Below are positions 13,636-27,021 of a stretch of DNA of 64,000 bases, piece after piece. A program made the translations under genes and the position numbers. The notes beneath the pieces are model-generated. The model searched no databases. It was not told the origin of the DNA and was given only the letters and a program-made list of their open reading frames with translations. This stretch comes from Octopus bimaculoides (Eukaryota): contig NC_068982.1 in assembly GCF_001194135.2 (NCBI RefSeq), positions 181,097,727 through 181,161,726 on the forward strand. Direction: 5' to 3'. The stretch's first letter is position 1. Each line of letters starts with the position of its first letter.

Positions 13636-15375
13636 TGAAAAACATAAATAATTTTAACCAAAATATGTGCTGATAGAGCAATATTGTTGCTTGTTGACAT
13701 CATTCCTTATAATTATATTTGACACAGACGTTGCTAGTCTCATGCTCTAAATCACTAGGTGTTTCTCTTACAATTGTTAAATTCTTCTCATATCCGCTCT
13801 AGTTGCAGTGCAATATAACAAAATATGTTGGTCGCCCAAAGTTCATATTCAACAGGCTAAGCACATATTACTGTCTATACTATAAGTTTTCTAAAATAGC
13901 GCTTCTAAAACCAAAACAAGCTAGTAGTTTCCATTATTCCGGACAGTGTTAAACGTTTCATCACACCCACTGACAACTAAAGAATGAGCATTGTGTGCGA
14001 GTGCGAAAAATCAGCTGCACTTAAAGTTTGAAACTAGAGGTGATGGAACTTGTTTGGTTCCTTCATTGAAATATAAGGTGGCATGTAAATGTTACTTGCA
14101 AATGCTGGAATATGTATCCTTTGTTGTTAAATAGAAACTTTTTCAAACTGTAAAGTGCTTTGTCTCCAAATCTTGGATAGATAGCTTATACAAAGATTTG
14201 TGTACATGCGTGTGTGATGGTATTTTTGTTTATATGCGTATGATTTTGATTTTCTCTGTGTGTTTGTATGCGTCAAAACGAGTATACATGTGAGTGAGTG
14301 TATATGTGTGTGGTCTCTGGAAAAGCGTTTTAATTCGCCTAATCGTAGCATTTCTTCACTGAAATTCTTGTACAAATAATTACATATTATTTAGAGGTAG
14401 CATTTATGTTAGTAAACTAACCAAGAGGTATATATCGTGAGAAATTATACAGAAGCTTTATTTGATAAATCTTGAGTGATAATATTCAACATCATGAAGA
14501 TACCAAATGCAAATAGCATTGATCATTTGAAATATCTTTAAAGACTTGAAAGTAAAGTTTACAGACGTACACATTCATGAATCTTCATACACTTGCATAC
14601 ATATATTTCCAGCCACTCACATATTTACGTATAGCACACATAAAAATATACACATGGACAAAAGTAAGTGAGTCTTTATACTGTTAATGGACAGACAACA
14701 GACTATAGAAAATATTATTCCTTCGTTGAAATTGAGGATGAGCTTTATGTGTAATTAGTTTCATTACATATGAACCATCAAATTTAAGAATAAATGCTGA
14801 ATGTTCTATAAAACTGGGAACTCAGTCTATGGTTCCTGTGGAAGTATTGCTTTTTTCTTGCTAAAAATAAAATTTGTTATTCGATGTAAAACAGGTCAAA
14901 GTTTATTGCAAATAGAGGAAATGTCATAAAAGTATTGGCTTAAATAATGTAAATTCGTTTCTAAATATTGTATATACATTATATTCATTAATCTTTCTTT
15001 CCACTAAATGAAATATTTCTCTGAAAACTAATTAAGAAATAGCTTCTCCGCTCGTTAAATTGCAAAATCTCACACGCTTGTTTTGAAATAACTGAAAATA
15101 TAGATTGACTTTTATAAGCTAAACGCTACCGACTTTCTTAAATCAAATTCGCATTTGATTAATATACTCCGAACAGATTACATTTGCTGTAAAATTTTGG
15201 ATGCGAAAGAAATATATCATATAAGCATCTTGTTTCTAAGGTTAAAATTTAAGTGTTAAAAAAAATATAGAAGATAAAATATATATTTCTTCTCTAACTA
15301 TGACAACTGCCCAATGGGAATCTAAACCTTCAACAGATATCGATGACAAAATTCTCATTCAAATTTAATCATAAA

Positions 15376-15395
15376 GGAAGAAATCTACTAATGCA

Positions 15396-15470
<75 letters not shown>

Positions 15471-15500
15471 TTATCTATCTATCTATCTGTTAGTCTGTCT
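15376..15500. repeat. (TCTA)n microsatellite
   Basis: Directly visible. Confidence 0.95.
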
Positions 15501-16593
15501 GTCTATCTACATATGTATTTATTTCAGATATGCCTGCGAAATGATTTCCATTGTTTGATTTTCATTCACTTTGTTGATTTGTCACCCATAAAATGAGTGT
15601 TTTCTTTTGATCTGCAACGTTTTTAAGCGTTGGAAGTTAGTACAAGTTTGTATTTAACTACTAATTCTTATCAAGAAACATCTTCATATTTCTACTGAAC
15701 GATCAATAGAAATCCTAAAATTTATAAAATGCACAATCTAGAACTTAATAAAAACACAGAGTACCTACATGAAATATTATATTATTTAAATTTTATTTGA
15801 TACCTCTCTATATTAGTACCCTGTTTCTAATCACTGTATCTTGTTAAAAAGAAGCACATAGCCCTCATATCCCTAAAACTAACTGGAAATATACGACTAT
15901 GTGCTTACAGTATAAACATCAACGCTATTGCGGATCGTGTTTATATTCATTCTTTGATCATGAGTGTTTGGGGCTAAACGACAAAAACATTGTCTATTAG
16001 CAGTTAGTACGGATGTACATGTATGTAAATGTAATTACAAATGCATCCCTATTCAACGACTTGAAAATCGATAAGATTAAGATGTTATTTCAAATTTCAG
16101 GTGCGTTTGATTTAAAGAATTATTTAATTCCTTCTCACATTAAATTTATTCATCATATTTCACATAAAAATATATTGTTTATAAATCTCTTAATCAAGCG
16201 AGGTACTATGGTAACATACAAAGTAATTGAAGGTAGCGCAAAAAAAGCGAGAACCAAAAGAATATATTTGAATCGGTGTGAACTCTGTCAAAACTTCCAC
16301 ACACAAGGTGGCCGTGTTAAACGACGAAACGGAATGAAAAACCTAACGAAGGATAGAAACGTTATATTCCACAGAGTTCAACACAGCTTTAGTCAATCAT
16401 ATTTTGTGCATAAGATTTGAGTGTGACTTAGTCATTGACGCCCTGGTATCACTTCACAAAACAAAAAGGTGCAACGTGAATTTCCTTACTACGCAGGTAT
16501 TTCTGCATACTTTTGACAAATATCATGATATAACATCATAGTTTTTTTTAGTTAGCAGAATGCAAAATGTATAATGAAAAGGATATAGCACAT

Positions 16594-16980
16594 GTTGTTG
16601 TTGGCACTCCGTCGCTTACGACGTCCAGAGTTCCAGTTGATCCGATCAACGGAACAGCCTGCTCGTGAAATTAACGTGCAAGTGGCTGAGCACTCCACAG
16701 ACACGTGTACTCTTAACGTAGTTCTCGGTGATTTTCAGCGTGACACAGTGTGACAAGGCTGGCCCTTTGAATTACAGGCACAACAGAAAAAGGAAGTAAG
16801 AGTGTGAGAAAGTTGTGGTGAAAGAGTACAGGAAGGTTCGCCACCATCCCCTGCCGACACCTCATGGAGCTTGATGTGTTTTCGCTCAATAAAGTCTCAC
16901 AACGCCTGGTTTGGGAATTGAAACTGTGATCCTGTGACCGCGAGTCCACTGCCCTAACCACTAGGCCATTGCGTCTCCAC
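16594..16980 (-). mobile_element. Full-length tRNA-derived SINE with (AAC)n tail
   Basis: The minus strand starts gtggagacgcaatggcctagtggttagg (A box)...gtttcaattccc (B box) and ends in caacaac. A second close copy lies at 25903-26224. Confidence 0.88.
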
Positions 16981-18079
16981 GATATAGTACATATGACGCA
17001 CTTTTCATGAAGGGCAGTTATGCTATATATAAAAATAAGACAGTCTGGCCTAACAACCAGCGTTGTAATTACATCGACATTTTCTAGTCTTGCCATTCGC
17101 TTACGTGAATACATACACATAGAAACACACACACAAACACACACACACACATGTATATAACAATGAACAAAGACACATATATAACGATTTGATTGATTCA
17201 GTATTAGTTGTTCGAAGGCACATGGTAAAAGTAACCTTATATAATGCACATTCTCAAAGCTCTAAATTCATATCAGCTCAAAACGAAAAGCTGCCTGCCT
17301 TGATTTCCAATAAAACATAGAGAAGAAAAATACCCATGCAAGCTAGATAAAATTCAATCTGAAATACTATGAAATTCTGTATTATAAGATGTGCAAATGA
17401 TTTCACCATACAGCGTCATATAGAAGAACCTTCTGTTGTGTGACAACTTTAACGATTTACGACCATTTTGCTATGAGCTTTCAGCTCTGAAGATTCATAT
17501 CAATAAAATCAATAATATCCCTGATAAAACGGCTTTCAAAAATTTATTGAAAATATTAATCGAGAAATCGAGTGGCAAAAAACACACTGTTTATTACATT
17601 TACCAGAGTGTAAAATGCAACTACACTTATTTACGAACAGTAAAACTAGTTCTCGGGTGCTCAAATGTAAATCCTCATTGAATACATGTACAGCATGTAA
17701 TACTTCTCTAATGGAAAAAGTGTATTTATTAATATCTAATATTAACATCCATTTCATTTCCCTTAAACCTGCAACTCTTATGAGAAAAGCATTATCGAAA
17801 ACCACAAGGACAAAATATTGCACCATTATTCTTGTGGTAGCAAAAGAAATTGAGACAGAGTAATTTACACAAGTGAGATGACATCAATATAAAGAAATTT
17901 ACCACGTCTTGAATACTACCTGAGAATGTTTATGGAAGGAAAAGGTGTCTTTTCCTACAAATGTTGCATAGTATCTAGGCAAAAGAAAACATAATCAATA
18001 ATTTTACAAATTATAAATACTAATGTTTCTAACTGCAATGTAGATTTTCTAAGCTCAAGGCCATTATAAATATAATCAA

Positions 18080-18110
<31 letters not shown>

Positions 18111-18126
18111 GTCATCATCATCGTCG

Positions 18127-18161
<35 letters not shown>

Positions 18162-18174
18162 GTCGTCGTCGTCG

Positions 18175-18211
<37 letters not shown>

Positions 18212-18220
18212 TATTTGTTG

Positions 18221-18315
<95 letters not shown>
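18080..18315. repeat. Compound (CAT/CGT)n-(TAT)n microsatellite
   Basis: Directly visible; source of spurious poly-D/M/L ORFs. Confidence 0.95.
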
Positions 18316-18479
18316 TACTGTTAAATCCCTGAGACACACCCAGCAACCTAGGGCAAGTGATGTTACAGTATGGCTTAAAACATGGGGAGGGGAAGTAGCA
18401 AGATCAGTAGTGATATATCTTCATGTAATATAGCATATTCATTTAAATTAATAAGGTTTATCTAAGTGACTTTAGCAAC

Positions 18480-19260
18480 ACATGTCAGCACAATCTTTTG
18501 GAATTCTCTGAGATATGGTTCTCCTGCGATATTATCTAGATGTTTCTGACATCCCATTCTTACATACCACAACAACAGAAACAATTCTCACCTCTCATAT
18601 TGATTTTTCTTCATCTGGAACTGTAAAGTGAATTATATGGCACTTTCTATTCTCTTTATCTACAAGTAATAACGCAGGCATTCCAGCTTCTATTACTCAA
18701 TTAGTCTGAATGTTAAAGTCCCACATCTTATATTTCTTACTTTCTTGTATTTTACAAGGTTCATGTGCACACCACTTATTAGTATGTTCAAATCCTAGGT
18801 TTCTACATAACTCCCAGTTAGGTTGTCATGTCTTTTCTTGTATTCTTTCTGTGCCAGCATGCTACATTCACTTATATGAGTAACGATTTCCTCTTTTGCA
18901 TAGCCTGCATTGGGAATTTACTTGGTTTATGTCTATGTTGCTTTCTTTTATCCAATTAGTCCTTAATGCTTGATCTTAGGCTTCTATTAACAAACTTTCT
19001 GTTCCCTTTTCAACCTTCGTTTTTGCAAGAATAACCATGCCTCACTAATACTATTTCCTGCAAGTAAATTTGGGGATCTATCATGCAACACCTTCTACTA
19101 CCAGTCGGATAACTTGTTTTCTTCATTCTGGTTTTGAACTTTGTTTGTTTTGTTTTTTCGTTTCCTTAGTCTTGCTGTCACTCTAGCAGCTTTTAATAAG
19201 CTTTTTCAATGTTACCTATACAGGAGCCTATTTCTACTCTAGATAATCCACGCACTCTTC
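18480..19260 (-). mobile_element. R4/Dong-clade LINE, CCHC zinc knuckle plus RLE endonuclease region (decayed)
   Basis: Broken translation CRLCKRG..VTHI.SECSMLAQKEYKKRHDN...WELCRNLGFE...WDFNIQT..VIEA...LVDKENRKCHII matches the R4/Dong C-terminus. Confidence 0.85.
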
Positions 19261-19261
19261 T

Positions 19262-19330
19262 GCTGATATAGTGAGGTCGAAATAATCGAGTGGCCCCCTC
19301 CCCCAAGATTTCGGGCCTTGTACCTAGACT
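19262..19330 (+). mobile_element. SINE 3' tail fragment lying between the two LINE pieces
   Basis: aataatcgagtggccccctcccccaagatttcgggccttgtacc resembles the tail of the SINE fragment at 525-700. Confidence 0.5.
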
Positions 19331-19331
19331 A

Positions 19332-20160
19332 GAAAAGGATATTAAGTTTCCCTAAGAGTGTACCTCCAGAGTAGACATTTACTTTCAATTTCTTCATGCT
19401 ACAACTAATTAAATCTCTTATGCTGTCTGCTATAGTGGTTATACTCAAACATTCACTTATCCATGAGTGTGACATTATGTCATAGGCTTTCTCATAGTCT
19501 TTCTGTGCTATTGTTACAATTTTCTTTCTAGGTTTTACCTCAATCAGAACTATTTTCTTTATATATAAGACATAACGCCTTCCTCTAGCGTTCTTCCAGC
19601 AGCCTTTATATTCTTCTGACAGTAAATTTTGGTTGCCAAGGTGCTCGTAAATGCTTTGTGAAAGCATTCCTGTTAACAACCTCCACACTAATGGGTAAGC
19701 AAGCGATTGGTCTAAGATTGCTTCCTGTACTAGAATTGTTTCTACCTTTCATAAGGAGTATTATCTTCCATCTAGTCCCCCAATCTTGAATTATTCATCC
19801 ATTAAGGTAATCGTGGACTTGTTCCCTCAGCCTCTAATGTAAACTACTGAATTTCGTTGGCCAGTACCCTTGAACTAAATCCGGTCCTGAACCCTTCAAA
19901 TTCGGCAATTTGTTAATAACAGTTTTCTACAGCCCCTTCCTTTAGGATCACACTCTCTATCCTTTTTTCTTCGCGGGTCCACTTTCTCCTTCTTACTCAC
20001 TTATCTCCTGATGCTGTATTTGGATAACAGTTGTGGTTACTCCGAATCTCTACTGAAACAATGTTGAGCGGGAGGCCTTCCCTTAAAGTTCCAGATTCAT
20101 TTTCTCTGTTACAGTAAGTGGTTCTACGGAAACTCCAGTCTCTCATAAACTGAAGTTAAC
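19332..20160 (-). mobile_element. R4/Dong-clade LINE reverse transcriptase (N-terminal half, decayed)
   Basis: GPDLVQGYW..FSSLH, LRPIACLP, WRLLTGMLS..IYEHL..QNLL.EE.KGC, DYEKAYD..SHSWI.EC. The RT C-terminal half is deleted; the element may extend to about 20640. Confidence 0.88.
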
Positions 20161-20845
20161 TTTCATTACCAACGTCATCATCACTATTATTTTTGGACAT
20201 CTGCAAGTATCAAGCAACTTTCTGTTGCATCATTTCTTGTACCTTATTGCTGCTGACTTGGTATAACGTGTGTTTTTATCTGAGTGGTGGATATTGTATT
20301 GCATCAGTCTGATTCGTTTGCAGGATTTGGTTTGAGTCTTCTGTTGCATTAATTTTTGTATTGTGTGTTGCTTGTGCCGCACTAGTTGTGTTCTTCCGTT
20401 GGGTATCGGACTTCTATAGCCCTTGCTATGGGCTTTGTTAAATTTGTTGCGTGTTTACTGTCTGACCTTATTCCTGAATGTCTTTGGAGGACAGTTATCT
20501 GTCCATCGTTCTCTCTTTTTGGTTACTTTTGTTATGGGACCTTCTTTACGGCGTTTGCGTTTTTTGACAGAACACCGTCTATAGACATGTGTCGATCTTT
20601 CTCTCGTATTTATAATTATCATTGATGTATAAGCAAGCGACTGAGACGAAACGGCAAAGTGCATGTATAAGAAATCTTGAATAAATATGGATAAAATTCA
20701 AAATGAATAATTTTACTCTCTGGTTGGATGTTTTCGTATGGAAATATTACAGTCCACTTACATCTTCACGCAAGTGTTACTGTGGCGGAGCACCAGAGCG
20801 AAGTTATTTTGTATCTATATATGTATATAGAGAGAGATGTATATG

Positions 20846-20878
<33 letters not shown>

Positions 20879-21419
20879 NNNNNNNNNNNNNNNNNNNNNN
20901 NNNNNNNNNNNNNNNNNNNNNNNNNNNNNNNNNNNNNNNNNNNNNNNNNNNNNNNNNNNNNNNNNNNNNNNNNNNNNNNNNNNNNNNNNNNNNNNNNNNN
21001 NNNNNNNNNNNNNNNNNNNNNNNNNNNNNNNNNNNNNNNNNNNNNNNNNNNNNNNNNNNNNNNNNNNNNNNNNNNNNNNNNNNNNNNNNNNNNNNNNNNN
21101 NNNNNNNNNNNNNNNNNNNNNNNNNNNNNNNNNNNNNNNNNNNNNNNNNNNNNNNNNNNNNNNNNNNNNNNNNNNNNNNNNNNNNNNNNNNNNNNNNNNN
21201 NNNNNNNNNNNNNNNNNNNNNNNNNNNNNNNNNNNNNNNNNNNNNNNNNNNNNNNNNNNNNNNNNNNNNNNNNNNNNNNNNNNNNNNNNNNNNNNNNNNN
21301 NNNNNNNNNNNNNNNNNNNNNNNNNNNNNNNNNNNNNNNNNNNNNNNNNNNNNNNNNNNNNNNNNNNNNNNNNNNNNNNNNNNNNNNNNNNNNNNNNNNN
21401 NNNNNNNNNNNNNNNNNNN

Positions 21420-21527
21420 ACCTGCCTTTAGTTAATTTAGTACGATCGTTTCACAGCTGAAGATCAGAATAGAGTATTATTTACTCTTAACTGTGAAACG
21501 ATCGTACTAAATTAACTAAAAGCAGGT
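21420..21527. repeat. Near-perfect inverted repeat (37-bp arms, 1 mismatch), MITE-like hairpin
   Basis: acctgcctttagttaatttagtacgatcgtttcacag at 21420-21456 pairs with 21491-21527; the spacer contains a further agagta/tactct stem. Confidence 0.85.
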
Positions 21528-21924
21528 GTTTTTTTTTTACTCTTCTCTACTGTTTTTTGTTCTGTGTGTATCAAAAATATCGCTATCAATCTAGAGTAAT
21601 AATTTGTAGTTTTGAAATCAGTAGTTCTTTGACTGCTATTTCTGAATTCTCAGTATGTTGGGGAAGCAGGTTACTGTCAATCCCTATATATTTATGTTTA
21701 TATATATATATATATATATACATACACTCCAGGTAAGAAAAATCTTTCAGTTTCCTGAGTTGGTTTACATTAAAACATAGTTTTCTTTCGTTGTTTTTGT
21801 GGATTCTGAATTCCTACTTCTTGATGGTTTCAGATATGATCAATAATTTCGGCAGCTCGCTGCCAACACGTGCATGGTTTCTGCATTCGCTGCGGTATCC
21901 TGGGAGACTTGCTGTGGTATTCCT

Positions 21925-22170
21925 AAGTATTATTATTATTATTGTTCAGTAGTTTTATTTTTATAACGTGCTTTCACTTCACTACCGAGCGCATCTCTGT
22001 GTGCCTTGGGTATGTGCTGTGGTTTGCTGTGGTGCTCTTATGGTTACTGTATTGAAAGTGTTTTGCGTAGGATGTGTGCAGTGCCCAGTAGTGCAATTTT
22101 CTGTATGTTATATATATTTGTAAGTCCTGGTGTCTTTGTTATGTATTTCTTTTCGTTATGTATTTGTCTT
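21925..22170 (-). mobile_element. R4/Dong LINE 3' end embedded in (TAA)n
   Basis: The minus strand encodes TPGLTNIYNIQKIALLGTAHILRKTLSIQ*, then a 3' UTR, with (AAT)n arrays on both sides. Confidence 0.85.
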
Positions 22171-22177
22171 TGTTATG

Positions 22178-22240
<63 letters not shown>

Positions 22241-22923
22241 TGCACATCATCATTGGTGACAAGCGAGAAACATTGAAATCAAATTGTATTTTGTTTTTAT
22301 AAGAAACGCTTGAAACTTTATAGTAAATAATTCATACATAAATCAAAATATGAACCATTTCATTTTGTTTTTATGGATGTGTATGTATTTAAGTGAGATA
22401 AAATATGCTGACAGGCCCAAGGAGAAGTATCCATCTGTACGTTTCTAAACACGAACCCAATTTTTTAAACATTCGTTGCCTTTCAATGCATGTTGCTGAC
22501 ACTCTGCCATAGCTAATAAGTGAAAGACCTGGCAATTTAAAAGCAAAAACAAAAAAAAAACAAAAAATTAATACATTTCACTAATCTATTTTGACGTTTA
22601 CTCATATCATTAAACGTTGAAAATGAGGAGAAAATTGAAGTGACTGATAAATGAATACGATGAAAATACAATAGCAATAACAACGTTAACGCTTAAAACT
22701 AAATAAACACATCGTGAATCAAGATCATTGCCAACTCTTTGAGTTGATATCAGCAAAAAGAAAAAAAATCAGTGGCCAAGGCGTAAATAAATATAAAATC
22801 AAAGCAATATTTGAAATTGTAAGAATGACAACAATAACAAGAGGAGCACCATAAACGTCAGCATCATAAAATCTTAATGCGTAATTGTATAGAGAAAATT
22901 ACCTCTATTATTTTCTCTCTTAC

Positions 22924-23006
22924 CTTCATTTCCATAGTTAAAAATAAATAGATTTCCACAAAATCATAGAATTCATTGATTTTTGAATCGTGCCATTCGA
23001 AAGCGT
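22924..23006 (-). CDS. Coding exon of candidate gene (x-AFEWHDSKINEFYDFVEIYLFLTMEMK)
   Basis: Acceptor caatttcctttctag and donor AAG|gtaaga; 83 nt; only the phase-1 frame is open and it ends in phase 0. Confidence 0.55.
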
Positions 23007-24250
23007 CTAGAAAGGAAATTGCGCCGATCGAATTGTCAAATCTTTCAAATAATAGTGAATTGCAGGTGAGTGTATCTTATCCATTGTGAAGCATCGCTAG
23101 GTTTTTATTGACTTTGCACAAGTCCATTAATTTAATTTACTAATATATAACATCTCCTGATGTATTTATCAATATATAGTCTAGTGAAAAAGCAAAGAGT
23201 GATCGGTACATAGACGATAATCAACCGACGATTTTCATCAATGAACTCAATTTAATAAAACGATAGCAATCTTCCCACTTTGCTTTAGCACGTCTATCTT
23301 ATCAGTTTTCCCACAAAACTTTAAATTCAATAGCGTTGAAAGTATGTCGATAGAAATAAGGGAGACGACTACACTTTTACTCCTTGATGTCATAATCATA
23401 AAAATGTTGTGATATTGACAGAATAATTGGTATTTTAATTCCACTCACTGATGGCAAAATTATTTCAGTTAGAAAATATCATAAAAGCATAATCGTTGTA
23501 ATAGATTTTATTTGGAATTGCTTGTACTACGTTGAATATGACCATACCCTCATTTCACGTTCACGTTGCTACTATCTTTTTTTTAAATTACAAGCATTTC
23601 AATGAATTTCATGTAGGTCTTAGCAATTTACAATAATCACAGTTTAACAAAGTTTTGTTGTTGATTTTGTTTTGGTGCATAGCTCTATGTAAAACGAGCT
23701 AATAATTTTAAACATTCGTATAATTAACTTCACATTTATGGATCAGAAAACAGTCACCTAAATGGGGTGGATCTGGCGCCACAAGTGAAATTTCGTCTTT
23801 GAACATATAGTTTGTGTAATACGTCTGGTCATAGGTCACATTACAATTGATTCTCATTGATATTAACATAAACACTTAGTTACTATTTTCCTTGGTTTGC
23901 TCGGTGTCAACTATGATGAAGAAGAGCCATGATATAACGCGTATCTGTTGAGCAACCTTATATTATTCTTTCAAACATAATGCCATATACATGACTATAA
24001 TATTGAATATGTCCTTCATGAGGCGCATCTAAGTTACGTGCATCACGTACATTATAATGTGCGTCATATGCACACCATTACGTGTATCGTATGTACATCA
24101 TAACGTGATGTAAATCTAATGTATTTATATGCATTGGTAGTTACAAATTTATTTATATCAAGTAAGCACCTCTGAGGTCCTGAGAAACTTTTCATTTAAT
24201 ATGATTCTTAAATTCATATTTTATATGGCTATGATAAAAGCATTTCCTAC

Positions 24251-24262
24251 CTTTACAGCCAG
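24251..24262 (-). CDS. Candidate 12-nt microexon (T-GCK-D)
   Basis: Acceptor tcaatttttag and donor AAG|gtagga; symmetric phase 1-1; adds a cysteine. Confidence 0.3.
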
Positions 24263-24419
24263 CTAAAAATTGATAAATCTCTGAAAGGAATTGGTAGAAT
24301 GATGTCAGCTTATTAAAATGTAATTCACTTTTACGAAGCAATATGCTTCTAATACTTGGGCGGCGATCTGGAAGAATTGTTTGTATGTTGGGCAAATGCT
24401 TAACAGCATTTCGTTCTTT

Positions 24420-24520
24420 TTAGCTCTGAGTTCAAATGCCGCTGAGATCGATTTTGGTTTTCATCTTTTGGCAGTCGATTTGGTTTTCATCCTTTCGCAG
24501 CATATGTTTGCTTTTGTATA
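24420..24520 (+). mobile_element. Degenerate Nin/Deu-domain SINE fragment with internal duplication
   Basis: ctgagttcaaatgccgctgagatcgattttggttttcatc..., with the gatttggttttcatc motif present twice. Confidence 0.5.
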
Positions 24521-25902
24521 AAATTCAGTACGAAAGACCTAAGCTGCGTTGAGCTGCATTGAGGCAGCGATATCATTTCTTGTCGTATTCGATCGATAAA
24601 CGAACAGATTTAAATTGCTTTTTTTTTTTGGAATGATTTTTTTTTTAGAACAGAATGCACTAAGTGGAGCAGGTGCACACACGGGGAAAAAAGTGTCAAT
24701 GAAGGGGTTACACATGTGTGACGAAATATTTCTGGACAACGGACGTGAGTTAAAATAAGAACAGCAATAAATGAGTGAAGAACGAATGTAGTGTGCGTGT
24801 GTTTAATTGGCAAGAAATAAAGTGACCGTCCCGAAATACAATGATATCTGTTTCGACACACGGTTTCAAATCAAGAAACTTGCAACCCAAATTCATAAAC
24901 GTAAAGGTTTTATTTAAGTTCTAATAAAAAAAATTTTAACATGTTACAGTCTAAATTTTGGCCCTGTTTTGATGACGGGTTACTAATATTTGCTATAGAT
25001 AACTAGGTTATGAGAGAATGCACACTAATATCATATACAGTTACCGACAAACTGGTTCGGAAAAAAAGTCACAATAACAACAATTACAGCTGCCATTATA
25101 TCATTAGCAGTAACAAACGGGCAACATCAGGAAAAAATATTACCAACACAATAGCAAGAAGAAGATTCAGAACAACTATAGTGTCTACTACATGAACATC
25201 AATCATTCTGCTTAATCTTAGTGTTGCCTGATAAGAAAACACTGAGTTAATATAGCTTGTACATATATTCAGCTATGAGAAGAGATGAATTGAAAATATA
25301 GCAAATTCTACTCGAATACAAAAACATTGATTTCCGATTCAAATGACATCAGCATTTTGATGATGTCAATTGTTCCCACGCTTCGAATAAATTTCGGGAA
25401 AATTCCCTAGTCAAAAACGTTTGAAGGACGCTTCAGGCGTTCCCAGAGCAATCAATCTTAGACTCGTTAAAACATCGCCGAATAAAAGTGGTACAATTCG
25501 TGACAAACTCGCGGGGAATATGACACTTGAACACTTTGTCAATGTGAAGGAAAGTAGTGTGTTTGGTTATGTTAGTATGAGTGTCATGAAATATGAGGAA
25601 ACCAACGCCGTTAGATGGAAGGAGGTGAAGGCGGTGCATAGTGGATACAAAGAATCAGCAATAGCAATTAAACTCCTACAGTACAATCATCATCATCAGC
25701 TGTAGATCAGAAGTAGATCAGTAGCAACAAAGCAACAGCAACGTCAGAAGCAAAACTACTTTATGAAACAAGAAAGAATATCTATAACAACAAGAACCAG
25801 AACAGCTTAAGCAATCCGAACACAACATAACACATAACATTACTCGCTTTAGGTAACTCAGTCATATCATATCCTGTAACGGAGATGACAACAATCCAAA
25901 TA

Positions 25903-26224
25903 GTTGTTGTTGGCACTCTGTCGCTTACGACGTCGAGGGTTCCAGTTGATCCGATCAACGGAATAGCCTGCTCGTGAAATTAACGTGCAAGTGGCTGAGC
26001 ACTCCACAGACACGTGTGCCTTTAACGTAGTTCTCGGGGAGATTCAGCGTGACAAGGCTGACCGTTTTAATTACAGGCACAACAGAAACAGAAAGAAAGA
26101 GTGAGAGAAAGTTGTGGTGAAAGAGTACAGCAGTGTTCTCCACCATCCCCTGCCGGAGCCTCGTTTAGCTTTAGGTGTTTTCGCTCAATAAACACTCACA
26201 ACGCCCGGTCTGGGAATCGAAACT
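25903..26224 (-). mobile_element. tRNA-derived SINE, truncated within the B box
   Basis: Close copy of 16594-16980, ending at gtttcgattccc and abutting a LINE fragment. Confidence 0.88.
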
Positions 26225-26399
26225 CGACCATCGCTACTTGGCAGCAACCTTAAAATCAATCGATTTTGAACCCGCTTTCGGTGACATGATTGCAGCAATG
26301 CACACTGGCACATGCTCTGTAGTAAGAGTAAGCGCCCATCTCTCAGTACAAGTTCATATCTTGCGCTCGATCCCTCAATGGTGTCTTCTCTGCTCTCTC

Positions 26400-26830
26400 C
26401 AGCTTCTTCTGGTGCCAGAAACAATATGAAGTGTTGTTTCTTCCCCATCACCACATATTATACCGATATTGAAGTTTTTTTTGTTTTCATTATGTGTTTT
26501 TCGTGTTTTCTGGAGAAGTTTTGATCTTGTATCGCAGATAAAATCCCTTCAAGCACCGCTTTGAAATGAAAACCTCTCAGCCACTGTTGGGATTTAACTT
26601 CTCACCTTTTTATTATTGCATTTTGTAGTTGCAGTTTAAGCTTAGATTTCTATTGCTTTATACATTTTCATTATTGTTTCCTTTTTCTCTATACTGTGAA
26701 TTCCTCGTATTATTTGGCTTCTTTTATGGCTATTTGTAATAGTTTTCCTTGATTCTGTCTTAGATATTTCTGTAGTCCTATGATGGGTATGGTATAACAG
26801 TTTTCTCGTTGTATACATAACCTTTCTCTG
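26400..26830 (-). mobile_element. R4/Dong LINE fragment (region upstream of RLE plus CCHC)
   Basis: SQQWLRGFHFKAVLEGILSAIQDQ...ICGDGEETTLHIVSG matches the R4/Dong pre-RLE region. Confidence 0.75.
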
Positions 26831-26892
26831 TCAAATGCTGGGTGGTAAGCCGCTACCCACATAAATCCTACCAAGACTAATCCAAACTAAAA

Positions 26893-27021
<129 letters not shown>

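Noticed and set aside
16900-16980. tRNA-like sequences at SINE heads (also 12068, 13234, 27641)
   Set aside because: No complete cloverleaf; they continue into SINE bodies.
17599-17710. Other minus-strand exon-like segments (here, ~14770-14861, ~30839-30878, ~34242-34307)
   Set aside because: Phase-incompatible with the exon chain or closed in all frames; they illustrate the false-positive rate of splice-like sites.
17955-18433. Poly-D, poly-M and poly-L ORFs, and similar ORFs at 22006, 26831, 32913, 41885, 44487 and 58776-61494
   Set aside because: Translations of microsatellites, not genes.
20703-21460. Long ORFs crossing N runs (also 38428-39452, 54240-54822, 57724-58630, 62138-62806)
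   Set aside because: Open only because gap bases translate as X.
22970-23065. Plus-strand open segment ending in CAG|gtgagt
   Set aside because: Weak acceptor, and it overlaps the minus-strand exon, which has two strong sites and consistent phase.
24020-24125. Degenerate short tandem motif (tacgtg/catc)
   Set aside because: Too diverged to define a unit; no spacers, so not CRISPR-like.
25391-25705. 104-codon open frame (KDASGVPRAINL...)
   Set aside because: No recognisable motif; the 3' half merges into degenerate simple repeats; splice sites are weak.
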